64,000 nucleotides of DNA from Opitutus sp. GAS368 (GTDB lineage: Bacteria > Verrucomicrobiota > Verrucomicrobiia > Opitutales > Opitutaceae): contig CAMCHO010000005.1 in the NCBI GenBank assembly GCA_945874455.1, positions 826 to 64,825 on the forward strand, written 5' to 3'. Below, one piece after another: positions 28,367 to 36,637 of this stretch. The notes under the pieces were generated by a model. The model saw only the letters and a program-made list of their open reading frames with translations, was not told the origin of the DNA and searched no databases. Every line of letters begins with the position of its first letter. The first letter of the stretch is position 1. A program made the position numbers and the translations under genes.

Positions 28367-29200
28367 TGTCTTCGTATCGACGGCGTGCGTCGCGTGGGAC
28401 CAGCGAAAGAAACTCACGCCAAACGACGTTAGCGCCACGGCTAAGCCGACGGTCTTCATGGCAACACCAGCCAACAGTTGATCTTCGCCCGCCGTGAAAT
28501 TGGCGAAGATGCGGGGGGCATATTCGTAGGTAGGGTAGAGGATGTCGTTGGAGAACGTGATGTAGGCAAAGACGGGAGTCATCCCGATCAATACTGCGAG
28601 CATGTAGAGCATCTGGCCTCCGTGGGTGATCGGGGGAAAGACCCGTGATGGACTGAGCGAGGGCCACCAGTAAAACAGGGCGGCCCCGAAAAACGTCACG
28701 TGCTCGACGACGTGGATCAGCTTATTTTGGAGCGCCCAGTCATAGAGGGTTGGCATGTGCCAAAGGCTCACGACCAGAGTATAGACAACGGCGCAAATGA
28801 CCGGTTGCGAGAGCACGCGGCCCAGCTTGAGACAGGCAGGTCGACGCAGCACGGTATCGACCATCCAGTGGGGGAGGCCGATCAGAAATAAAATGGCGGC
28901 CGGATAAATGAGCAGTTGATGCTGCAGCATATGCGCGCTGAACAGGAACCGTTCCCCGATCTGGTCTAGGGGGGAGCCCACCGCGAGGTAAAAGACGACG
29001 AGAGCGCTGTAAAACGACCACGCTTGAGCGCGCGGAAACGGTGTGTCAGTCGGAGCGAAGCGCCTGCGCAGCGGGCCGGCGAGCACAGCCCAGAGCCAGC
29101 CAGTGAGGACGAGTCCGCCGATGAGATAGGGTTCGTTGTGCCAGTGGCTCCAGTCGATCATGTGAAAAAAGAAAGGCGGCCTGGAGGCCGCCTGACGCAA
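28364..29200 (-). CDS. ctaG: Cytochrome c oxidase assembly factor CtaG (Caa3_CtaG family membrane protein)
   Basis: It is polytopic and shows SAHMLQHQLL and HVVEHVTFF motifs. It is the last gene of the oxidase operon. Confidence 0.7.
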   Translation of the reverse strand: MRQAASRPPFFFHMIDWSHWHNEPYLIGGLVLTGWLWAVLAGPLRRRFAPTDTPFPRAQAWSFYSALVVFYLAVGSPLDQIGERFLFSAHMLQHQLLIYPAAILFLIGLPHWMVDTVLRRPACLKLGRVLSQPVICAVVYTLVVSLWHMPTLYDWALQNKLIHVVEHVTFFGAALFYWWPSLSPSRVFPPITHGGQMLYMLAVLIGMTPVFAYITFSNDILYPTYEYAPRIFANFTAGEDQLLAGVAMKTVGLAVALTSFGVSFFRWSHATHAVDTKT

Positions 29201-29229
29201 TTGGAAGGAGGGCCTACCGGCTCAGCCGA

Positions 29230-29574
29230 TCACGTCGTGGGAAGAGGAAGGCTCGCCTCGACACTGAAGAGAGCGAGGAGTGCCCACATGGTGCCACCGG
29301 CCAGCACCAGCCCGATGAAAAACAAAATCGTGCAGAACGGCTTATCCCACCGCAGATGCATGAAGTAGAAAATGACGAACATGAACTTCACCGTCGAGAG
29401 GACGACGAGCATGGTGATGATCAGCCACTTCGCGAACGGCAGGTAAACGCCGATGATTTCCACGCCGGTGATTACGGCGAGGAGCATCGCGATTTGGACG
29501 TAGATTTGATACTTACTAACGTCGTGAGAATCGTCGTGCGCGGCAGCGTGGGCGTGGGAGGAGGGTGCGCTCAT
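29230..29574 (-). CDS. Cytochrome c oxidase subunit IV (small prokaryotic CoxIV/CtaF family)
   Basis: It is 114 aa long with three predicted TM helices and lies directly downstream of subunit III. Confidence 0.7.
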   Translation of the reverse strand: MSAPSSHAHAAAHDDSHDVSKYQIYVQIAMLLAVITGVEIIGVYLPFAKWLIITMLVVLSTVKFMFVIFYFMHLRWDKPFCTILFFIGLVLAGGTMWALLALFSVEASLPLPTT

Positions 29575-29592
29575 GAGGGAATCGGGAATGAT

Positions 29593-30450
29593 TTATTTCA
29601 GATACTCGAGCAAGTAGACGGCCGTGAAGATTACGATCCACACGATATCGACGAAGTGCCAGTAGAGGCCCATGCTCTCGACGTCGATGGCGTGGTGCTC
29701 GTTGAAATCGACCGGACCGGAGTTCCGGGCGAAGCTAATCAGAATGCCGCAGCTCACCAATGAACCGAGGAGTGCGAGATATTCAGCTTTGAGAAAGTGA
29801 CTGAAAGCGCTACCGAGCGTGGGTTCTACTTGGATGGCGTGGACGAGGCCCAACGAAGCCTTGAGCGACAGGAGGAGCAGCGCGAAGAGCACGACCACGT
29901 GAATGAGGTTCTTGGTAAACCACGCTCGGATCTGTCCGGCTACCGGGGCAGGTTTAAACGAGCGGACATACATCAGGCTGAGCCAGATCACACCGATCGC
30001 GACGTGACAGCCGTGGGTCCCGGTAAGGGTGTAGAACGTCGTCCCGAGCAGGCTGTTCGAGAGGGTCATCTTCTTGTCGATCACGAAGTGGTTGAATTCG
30101 TAGACCTGGCACCCGAGGAAGATCATGCCGAAGAGAATGGTGGCAAGGAGCGACCAGCGGCAGCTCTTGACGTTGTTCTTCTGAATCGCGGTGACGGCGA
30201 GCGCCATCATGAGCGACGACATCAGGAGAATGAAGGTCGAGAATGACGTGAGCTCCGGACTGAAGACGACTTTGGGATCCAAGCCGCCGGCTGGCGGGTG
30301 GAGCCGGTAGATCAAATGGGTCGAGATCAGAGCCGCAAAGAACATGCAGTCCGATGCGAGAAACGCCCACATCAGAAGTTTCTTGTTCGGAATGCCCGTG
30401 GACGTGCTCGGGTCGTGATGGTGGTCGATGGTGCCGGCGTGGCTGCTCAT
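29593..30450 (-). CDS. ctaE: Cytochrome c oxidase subunit III
   Basis: It shows LMWAFLASDCMFFAALI, GTHGCHV and a C-terminal YWHFVDIVW. There is an extra two-TM insert of about 75 aa before the last conserved helix. Confidence 0.85.
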   Translation of the reverse strand: MSSHAGTIDHHHDPSTSTGIPNKKLLMWAFLASDCMFFAALISTHLIYRLHPPAGGLDPKVVFSPELTSFSTFILLMSSLMMALAVTAIQKNNVKSCRWSLLATILFGMIFLGCQVYEFNHFVIDKKMTLSNSLLGTTFYTLTGTHGCHVAIGVIWLSLMYVRSFKPAPVAGQIRAWFTKNLIHVVVLFALLLLSLKASLGLVHAIQVEPTLGSAFSHFLKAEYLALLGSLVSCGILISFARNSGPVDFNEHHAIDVESMGLYWHFVDIVWIVIFTAVYLLEYLK

Positions 30451-30478
30451 GTGGAAAGATAAAGGTTAAGCTGTCGGA

Positions 30479-32455
30479 TCAGTGCTTGGCGTGTTTTTCG
30501 TCCACGGGATTGCCGTGCTCATCGAGGTGCAGGTGGTAGCCGGCGTTGCCTTCAATGGCCCAGAAATAGATGCCGATTAACGTGACCGCACCGCCCACGA
30601 GGACCGTGCCGAGTTTGGCATGGATACCCGGCGACCAATCTGAATCGAAGTAGGTCGCTCCAAATCCAACAATCAGCAGGCCGAAGCTCGCCACGAAAGG
30701 CCAGATGGACTGGTTGGGCATATGGATACCGCCGTGATCGGCCTCAGCCTTGCCGTGTTCAGCCTGCTCTTTGGCAATTTCATCTTGGTGATGCTTCTCG
30801 TACCAAAACGCGTCGCGGGCATGGACGGTTGGGATGACGCGGAAGTTATACTCGGGAGGGGGATTGGGCAGGCTCCACTCCAGAGTGCGTGCGTCCCAGA
30901 CGTCTTTGCCGACCTTCTTGCCCTTGAAGAACGTGTAGGCCATGACGACAAAGTACGTGAGCATGCCGATGCCGAGGAGAAACGCGCCGACCGAGGCGAT
31001 GAAGTTGGGGGTGTTCCAACCCATGTTAGCATCGTAGGAGAACGTGCGGCGGGGCATACCGTTCAGGCCAAGGAAGTGCATCGGGAAAAACGTGACGTTA
31101 AAGCCGATGAAGATGAGCCAGAACGAGAGCTTGCCCCAGAATTCGCTGACTTGCCGGCCAAACATCAGCGGAAACCAGTAGTGGATGCCGGCGAGGAGTC
31201 CGAAGATCGACCCGCCGATGAGCACGTAGTGGAAATGGGCGATGACGAAATAACTGTCTTGCTGCTGAGCATCGGCTGGGGCGGCCGAGTGCATGACGCC
31301 CGAGAATCCACCGATCATGAACATCCAGACAAACCCGAGCGCAAACATCATGGGCGTGCGCATCATCAGGCGACCGTCCCAGAGTGTGCCGATCCAGTTG
31401 AACATCTTTACTCCAGTCGGCACCGCGATACACATCGTGAGGAGGGAGAACGCGGCCGTGGCGACGGCACCCAAGCCGGTGGTGAACATGTGGTGGCTCC
31501 AGACCGCGAACCCTAGGAAGCCGATGGACGCACCGGAGAAGACCACGATCGGGTAGCCGTAGAGGGGTTTACGCGAGAAGGTGGGGAGAATCTCCGAGAC
31601 GATGCCCATCGCGGGAAGAATCAGAATGTACACTTCCGGATGGCCGAACACCCAGAACAAGTGTTGCCAGAGAACGGGCATACCGCCGCCGGAAACCTCA
31701 AAGAAGACCGTGGAAAAATTCCGGTCCATCATGAGCATGACGAGCGCAATGGTGATTGCAGGGAACGAGAGGATCAGGAGGAAAGCGGTAAACAGCGTCA
31801 TCCACGTGAAAACAGGCAGCCGCATCATCGTCATGCCCGGCGCGCGCATGTTAATGATGGTCACAATAAAGTTGAGCGAGGCCGCGATCGACGCGACGCC
31901 GAGGAGCTGTAGGCCCATGACCCAATAATCGATCGAGTGCTTGGGGATGTAAGTCTTGGACGTGAGGGGGGCGTAGCCGAACCAGCCGCCGTCCGGGGCA
32001 CCGTGGTTGGGGCCGGGGATGAACCAGCCGATGTTCAGGATAATGGCACCAGCGACGAAGGTCCACAGCGAGAAGGCGTTCAGGCGGGGAAAGGCGACGT
32101 CGCGTGCGCCGATTTGCAGCGGCATGATGAAATTAAAAAACGCGGCCGAAAGCGGCATCACGGCCAAGAAGATCATCGTCGTCCCATGCATCGTGAACAT
32201 GGTGTTGTATTGCTGCGCGGTGAGGACGGTCCCGTTTGGGAACATGAGCTGGGCTCGGATGAGCAGCGCCTCAAAGCCGCCCACGATGAAGAAAATCAAG
32301 GCAAAGAATCCGTAGAGGAAGCCGATCTTTTTGTGGTCCACGGTGGTGAGCCACATCATGAGTCCCGTCTTCGCGGTAGGAACCCACAGTACAGTGGGCT
32401 GCGCTGAGGGAGCGTGATTGTCTTTGGTGAGCGGGGCAGATTGAGCCAGATCCAT
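30479..32455 (-). CDS. ctaD: Cytochrome c oxidase subunit I (heme-copper oxidase catalytic subunit)
   Basis: It shows DHKKIGFLY, WFFGHPEVYILILP and HFHYVLIGG, and has a two-TM C-terminal extension. Confidence 0.95.
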   Translation of the reverse strand: MDLAQSAPLTKDNHAPSAQPTVLWVPTAKTGLMMWLTTVDHKKIGFLYGFFALIFFIVGGFEALLIRAQLMFPNGTVLTAQQYNTMFTMHGTTMIFLAVMPLSAAFFNFIMPLQIGARDVAFPRLNAFSLWTFVAGAIILNIGWFIPGPNHGAPDGGWFGYAPLTSKTYIPKHSIDYWVMGLQLLGVASIAASLNFIVTIINMRAPGMTMMRLPVFTWMTLFTAFLLILSFPAITIALVMLMMDRNFSTVFFEVSGGGMPVLWQHLFWVFGHPEVYILILPAMGIVSEILPTFSRKPLYGYPIVVFSGASIGFLGFAVWSHHMFTTGLGAVATAAFSLLTMCIAVPTGVKMFNWIGTLWDGRLMMRTPMMFALGFVWMFMIGGFSGVMHSAAPADAQQQDSYFVIAHFHYVLIGGSIFGLLAGIHYWFPLMFGRQVSEFWGKLSFWLIFIGFNVTFFPMHFLGLNGMPRRTFSYDANMGWNTPNFIASVGAFLLGIGMLTYFVVMAYTFFKGKKVGKDVWDARTLEWSLPNPPPEYNFRVIPTVHARDAFWYEKHHQDEIAKEQAEHGKAEADHGGIHMPNQSIWPFVASFGLLIVGFGATYFDSDWSPGIHAKLGTVLVGGAVTLIGIYFWAIEGNAGYHLHLDEHGNPVDEKHAKH

Positions 32456-32514
32456 GAGAGTGTTTTTTTAAAAGAGGTTCGGTAGCGGTACTCAAAGTAA
32501 ACGGGCGGTCCCGG

Positions 32515-33825
32515 TCATTTCAGGCTTTCGAGATAAGCAACCAGGGCGACTTCGTCCTCGGCCGTGAGTTTGATACCATCGATCGGTTTCCCGTAGTAGT
32601 CCAAGCGAGCGTAACTGAGGGCCATCTTGTTGCCGGCTTTGACTGACTCTGGATTGCTGATCCAGCGGCGCAGTTGCTCCGAATTGTTCTCCAAGAGACC
32701 TCCGGCAATCGTGGTGCGTGCACCCACATGGGTGAGGTCGGGACCAGAGATACCGGCGGCCCCGTGGCCCCGCACGGCGTGACAGCCTAAGCACGTCTTG
32801 GCAGTGAAGAGTGCCTTGCCTTTGGCGATCAAGGCAGGGTCCTCGCCTTTTTCGGGATTTTGTTTCTCGCGCCACGAATCCAAGGGTGGGCGAGACGGAA
32901 TCGCGGCATACTTATCGGTGAAACCGTATTCGTTTTGTTTGAAGGTGCGGAGAGCGGCAAACTGAGTTTGGGGTGCACCGGCGATGGCTGGCTTCGGAGC
33001 GACGTCACGGGCCGGGAGCTTTTGGCTTTCGCGCCATTCGTTGAATTCTTTGGGGTCGAGGGCGATGACCCGGAAACGCATCACGGCGTGGGAATCTCCG
33101 CAATATTCGGCGCACTGGCCCCAGAAATAGCCAGGCTTGTCGGCTTGCACCCAGAGGTGGTTCGCACGGTTCGGGATCATGTCGACCTTGCCGGCGAGCT
33201 TGGGTATCCAGAGCGAATGGATTACATCGTTGGTGCGAAGGTTGATGCGCACGGGGCGGTTGGTCGGAATGACGAGCTCATTACTGGTCACGAGTGAGCC
33301 CACTCCGTTGATCTGCTCGAGCGGATATTCGAACTTGAACCACCACTGCAGACCGGTGGCGGTTACTTCGTAGGCTTCGCCCTTCTTGATGAGGGCATCG
33401 AGCTGAGGACGGGTTTCTCCACCGGGGATGTCGTAGGTATACCAAATCGATTTCAGCGTGGGCACAGCGATGATCACCAGCGCGAAAACTGAGCCGGCGA
33501 TGAGACCGATTTCCACGAGGGGGTTGCCGTGACTCTGCGGGGGCGGCTCCGCATGCTCGTCCGCCTCGGTCTTGGCGCGGAATTTCCACGTCGCGTAGGC
33601 GAGGACTCCTCCGACCATGAGAAAGATTACGAGCGTCACCCACACTGTCACCATGAACAAATCGAGTTGCGATTGGGCGACGGGACCATCGACCACCATC
33701 GTCGATTGGTGGCCGTCCATCCGCCAGAAGTTTAGGTCGCAGCCAGTAAACAAGGACAGGCCGCCAAACGCTAAGGCCGCGCGGCCCCAGCGGGCGAGTT
33801 TTGGGAGGAGGGTGGTCAAACGCAT
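32515..33825 (-). CDS. ctaC: Cytochrome c oxidase subunit II with fused C-terminal cytochrome c domain (caa3-type)
   Basis: The CuA site CAEYCGDSHAVM and the heme motif CLGCHAV are both present. I place the start at MRLTTLLPKL, inside ORF ..33903. Confidence 0.9.
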   Translation of the reverse strand: MRLTTLLPKLARWGRAALAFGGLSLFTGCDLNFWRMDGHQSTMVVDGPVAQSQLDLFMVTVWVTLVIFLMVGGVLAYATWKFRAKTEADEHAEPPPQSHGNPLVEIGLIAGSVFALVIIAVPTLKSIWYTYDIPGGETRPQLDALIKKGEAYEVTATGLQWWFKFEYPLEQINGVGSLVTSNELVIPTNRPVRINLRTNDVIHSLWIPKLAGKVDMIPNRANHLWVQADKPGYFWGQCAEYCGDSHAVMRFRVIALDPKEFNEWRESQKLPARDVAPKPAIAGAPQTQFAALRTFKQNEYGFTDKYAAIPSRPPLDSWREKQNPEKGEDPALIAKGKALFTAKTCLGCHAVRGHGAAGISGPDLTHVGARTTIAGGLLENNSEQLRRWISNPESVKAGNKMALSYARLDYYGKPIDGIKLTAEDEVALVAYLESLK

Positions 33826-34062
33826 GATGTGCTGTCGTAAAACAAAGTGGTGTGGCGTGAACGCCAAGGCGCAAGAGAGTTTGCGAACGCCTTGTCGTTT
33901 CAAGCCATAATACGAGCTTTTGTTTCAGTGCAACGCGCGGCGTGCAATCTTCGGTGAGACGAGTGCCGAATTATTAACCGCGCTGCGTCCGACATTAGCG
34001 CCGGGCGTTTCTTCGCCTTCGAGTTTGCATGTTGCTCAGCGGCTGCCCACGTTCCGTTTCCC

Positions 34063-34575
34063 ATGAATACACGTTGTTCTCTCTTGGTTTCTCTCCTTGC
34101 GATTGCGCTTTCGGGCTGCGGCCAGAAAGACGCTACTTCTGCTGCGGCGAAGGCTGCCGCTCCCGCGCCGGCTGCCGCCGCACCTGCCCCCGCCGCTCCG
34201 CGTGTGATCGAGATCACGGCGAATGACACGATGAAGTATAACCTCACGACGCTCGAAGCCAAGGCGGGCGAGACGATCAAGATCGTGTTCACGAACAATG
34301 GCACCCTGCCCAAGGAGGCGATGGGGCATAACCTCGTGGTTCTGAAGCCCGGCTCCGATGGTGGTGCTTTTTGCGCAGCCGCAATGAGCGCCAAGGCCAC
34401 CGAGTACATCCCCGAGTCGCTGAAGAGTCAGGTGCTCGCGGCGACTGCGCTGCTCGGGCCCAAGAAGAGCGAAGAAATCCTTCTCAAGGATCTCAAGGCT
34501 GGCGAGTATCCCTATGTTTGCTCGTTTCCCGCTCATTTCGCCGTCGGCATGAAGGGCGTGCTGATCGTCAAATAA
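34063..34575 (+). CDS. Azurin-like blue-copper (cupredoxin) lipoprotein
   Basis: A lipobox (LSGC) is followed by an Ala/Pro-rich tether. The type-1 Cu ligand pattern is GHNLV ... YVCSFPAHFAVGMKG (Cys, His and Met). Confidence 0.8.
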   Translation: MNTRCSLLVSLLAIALSGCGQKDATSAAAKAAAPAPAAAAPAPAAPRVIEITANDTMKYNLTTLEAKAGETIKIVFTNNGTLPKEAMGHNLVVLKPGSDGGAFCAAAMSAKATEYIPESLKSQVLAATALLGPKKSEEILLKDLKAGEYPYVCSFPAHFAVGMKGVLIVK

Positions 34576-34623
34576 CGCGAAAGGGGAAACCCGACGACGG
34601 CGTCGCGGTTTTTCAGACATCGC

Positions 34624-34651
34624 AGCCGGACGGCTACGTCCGGCTTTTTTG
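34624..34651 (+). terminator. Rho-independent terminator after the azurin gene
   Basis: A perfect 9-bp stem AGCCGGACG-GCTA-CGTCCGGCT is followed by TTTTTT. Confidence 0.85.
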
Positions 34652-34705
34652 TGTCGTCATCCCGCCCTGCGATGAACGCTCGCCACGTCTTTCCGGTAAC
34701 CCGTA

Positions 34706-34966
34706 ATGTCGAAAAAGAAGAATTCGATGAGTGCAAAAATTTTTAGTCTACAAGCCGAGTTGCTTTGGGAGTCGGTTCCGCCCGCCGTGCGCCCGACGCT
34801 TTTGTGCAACGTCTGGTGCGGGCAGTGTCGCACGGAGGTCGAGATCGTTGACTACGCAGGGAAGGAAAAAGCCGGCGACCTGATTTTGGAGGGTCGTTGT
34901 GCGGTGTGCGCCGGCCGCGTGGCGCGCTTCATCGAGACCGCTGACCGGCGGAACCCCCTGATCTGA
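34706..34966 (+). CDS. Small hypothetical protein with a 4-Cys zinc-ribbon-like pattern
   Basis: It is 86 aa long and shows CNVWCGQC ... CAVCAG. I recognise no family. Confidence 0.4.
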   Translation: MSKKKNSMSAKIFSLQAELLWESVPPAVRPTLLCNVWCGQCRTEVEIVDYAGKEKAGDLILEGRCAVCAGRVARFIETADRRNPLI

Positions 34967-35006
34967 CAGCAGCAGGAATGGGCAGGCGGCGGATTCGCCG
35001 CTGCGG

Positions 35007-35366
35007 TCAGTCGGTGGCGACGCCGCGTTGGCGGGCCTGGAGCCAGGCGAGCAATTGCAGGGTGCGTTCGGCATCAGGGGAGGCGGTTTTCGCGACCAAG
35101 AGAAGGTGCAGGCGTTGGCGGGAAACCCCGAGGAGGCGCGCGAGTTTCGCTTTGTCGCCGCGCGGGCCGAGGGTCGCGACGACGGCGTTGGCGAGTTCGT
35201 TCCAGAGAGGAGTGCCGGCCCCAACGCCGAGCGCTTTGTAGCGGAGGGAGGTGCGGCGCTCGCGTTTGATTGTGCGGACTTGGGCTGCGGTGACTTCCGC
35301 CGCGGCGACCAAGCCTGCGGCGAGCGGGACGAGGCGGTGGAGCTTTCCGAGGTGCGGTTGAATCAT
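35007..35366 (-). CDS. Small hypothetical protein with a putative helix-turn-helix
   Basis: It is 119 aa long, and DKAKLARLLGVSRQRLHLLL looks like an HTH. The AT-rich inverted repeat lies just upstream. Confidence 0.45.
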   Translation of the reverse strand: MIQPHLGKLHRLVPLAAGLVAAAEVTAAQVRTIKRERRTSLRYKALGVGAGTPLWNELANAVVATLGPRGDKAKLARLLGVSRQRLHLLLVAKTASPDAERTLQLLAWLQARQRGVATD

Positions 35367-35399
35367 GGTTAGACGTGACGCGAGGAGCGGCGTTAAGTC

Positions 35400-35463
35400 A
35401 TCTATTAAATGACAAGCGTTTCCATTTTTTCGATGGCTTAAAAACGGATGTCATTTTATAGAT
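35400..35463. promoter_or_regulatory. AT-rich nested inverted repeat (candidate operator, cruciform or 5'-UTR hairpin)
   Basis: ATCTATTAAATGACA (35400-35414) pairs with TGTCATTTTATAGAT (35449-35463) at 14 of 15 positions. Inner pairs CGTTT/AAACG and CCAT/ATGG nest inside. A third ATGACA follows at 35462-35467. The element lies 34-98 nt upstream of the HTH gene start. Confidence 0.6.
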
Positions 35464-35591
35464 GACAAATAGCCTGCTGACTCGGTCGGGGAATGGAAAC
35501 GGCGGCACGGCCCTTTGGGGCGGGCGTTTCGTGTTTACGGCGGGGATATGGGGCCGGAGCGGGCGCGCCGTGCCGGGTGCGGGCGCGCTGC

Positions 35592-35998
35592 GTGCGCGTG
35601 CTACGGGGGCGTGCGCGTTGCGTGCGCGGTCTACGGGGGTGTGCGCGAACCGTGCGAGGTGGGAGTGCGCGAGCCCCGTTGCGGGGAGTGCGCGACGCGT
35701 GTGACGGGGGACCGCGCGAGCCACGTTACCGGGGTGTGTACGAGCCACGTTACGTGGGAGTGCGCGAGCCACGTTACGTGGGCGTGCGCGACGCGTGTGA
35801 CTCGGGTGCACGCGCACTGTGCGAGGTGGGGATGCGCGAGCCGCGTTACGGTGTGCGCGAGGCTGGTGACGTGTGTTTGTCCGAGCCGCGTTACGTGGGG
35901 GGCGACGCGTGTGACGTGGGTATGCACGCCTTGTGCGACGTGAGTGTGCGCGACGCGTGTTACGCGGGAGTGCGCGACGCGTGCGGCGCTGCTGGGGG
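35592..35998. repeat. Degenerate tandem repeat array, about 17 units of 19-28 nt (mode about 23-24 nt)
   Basis: I segmented the units by eye. Examples are GTGCGCGAGCCACGTTACGTGGGC, TGTGTACGAGCCACGTTACGTGGGA, GTGCGCGACGCGTGTGACGGGGGA and GTGCGCGACGCGTGTTACGCGGGA. Units contain the internal palindromes CCACGT-T-ACGTGG or ACGCGT. Unit length varies, so no reading frame is preserved. Confidence 0.8.
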
Positions 35999-36108
35999 CG
36001 CGGTGCGACGTGCTCGACCGGTGAGCGCAGAGCGACGGTCGGGTGGGGTCCTACAGCGCGCGGGGCTTAGTGAAAGTTCTGGACAGGGGGCGCTGGAGCG
36101 TTCGCCGG

Positions 36109-36543
36109 TCAGCGGGCCGCGGGCCACCACTGGTACAGGAAAAAATAGACGAGGACGCCAGTCACGCTGACATAAGACCAGATGGGAAACGTGAATTTCG
36201 CCCAGCGCTTGTGGTTTTCGAAGTCACCACGGATGGCAAAGAGGAAGGTGCGGGGCACGAGGTAAGCGATACTGACGGCGAGAATGATATGGGAGATCAA
36301 CATCGTGTAGTAAACCTTCGCGATGAGCCCCTGCCCCCCGAAGGGAGTGTGCACTCCGCGGACGAGAATCTTGTGCGAGACGTAGCCGATGAGGAACACC
36401 ACCGAGACAAGGCACGCTGAAGTCATCACGCGACGGTGAGCCTCTTTGCGGCCCGTCTTGATCAAAATGAAGCCAGCGATGAGGAGGAACGAGGCCACGC
36501 CGTTGAGGGTGGCATTGATGGCGGGGATGTCGGAGACGGTCAT
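36109..36543 (-). CDS. DUF420-family membrane protein (CtaM-like, oxidase-associated)
   Basis: It has four TM helices, and NATLNGVASFLLIAGFILIK is typical of DUF420. It sits immediately downstream of ctaB. Confidence 0.65.
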   Translation of the reverse strand: MTVSDIPAINATLNGVASFLLIAGFILIKTGRKEAHRRVMTSACLVSVVFLIGYVSHKILVRGVHTPFGGQGLIAKVYYTMLISHIILAVSIAYLVPRTFLFAIRGDFENHKRWAKFTFPIWSYVSVTGVLVYFFLYQWWPAAR

Positions 36544-36637
36544 GGCGCGGGGGGCGAGGAGGGACGGAAATGTTGAGCGGCGAGGGCGGCGGGACAGTAC
36601 GGAAGGAGGTGCGGCGCTGATGGTGCGAGGGACTCGC

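Noticed and set aside
35592-35998. Possible CRISPR array
   Set aside because: The units are contiguous, with no unique spacers of about 30 nt between them. They are too degenerate and too short in period, and there are no cas genes in the window.
35398-36170. Five overlapping ORFs (80-225 aa, both strands) across the tandem array
   Set aside because: They are open only because the repeat lacks stop triplets. Unit length varies from 19 to 28 nt, so no frame keeps a consistent peptide repeat. The translations are Arg/Cys/Val/Gly strings, and several mutually exclusive frames are open at once.
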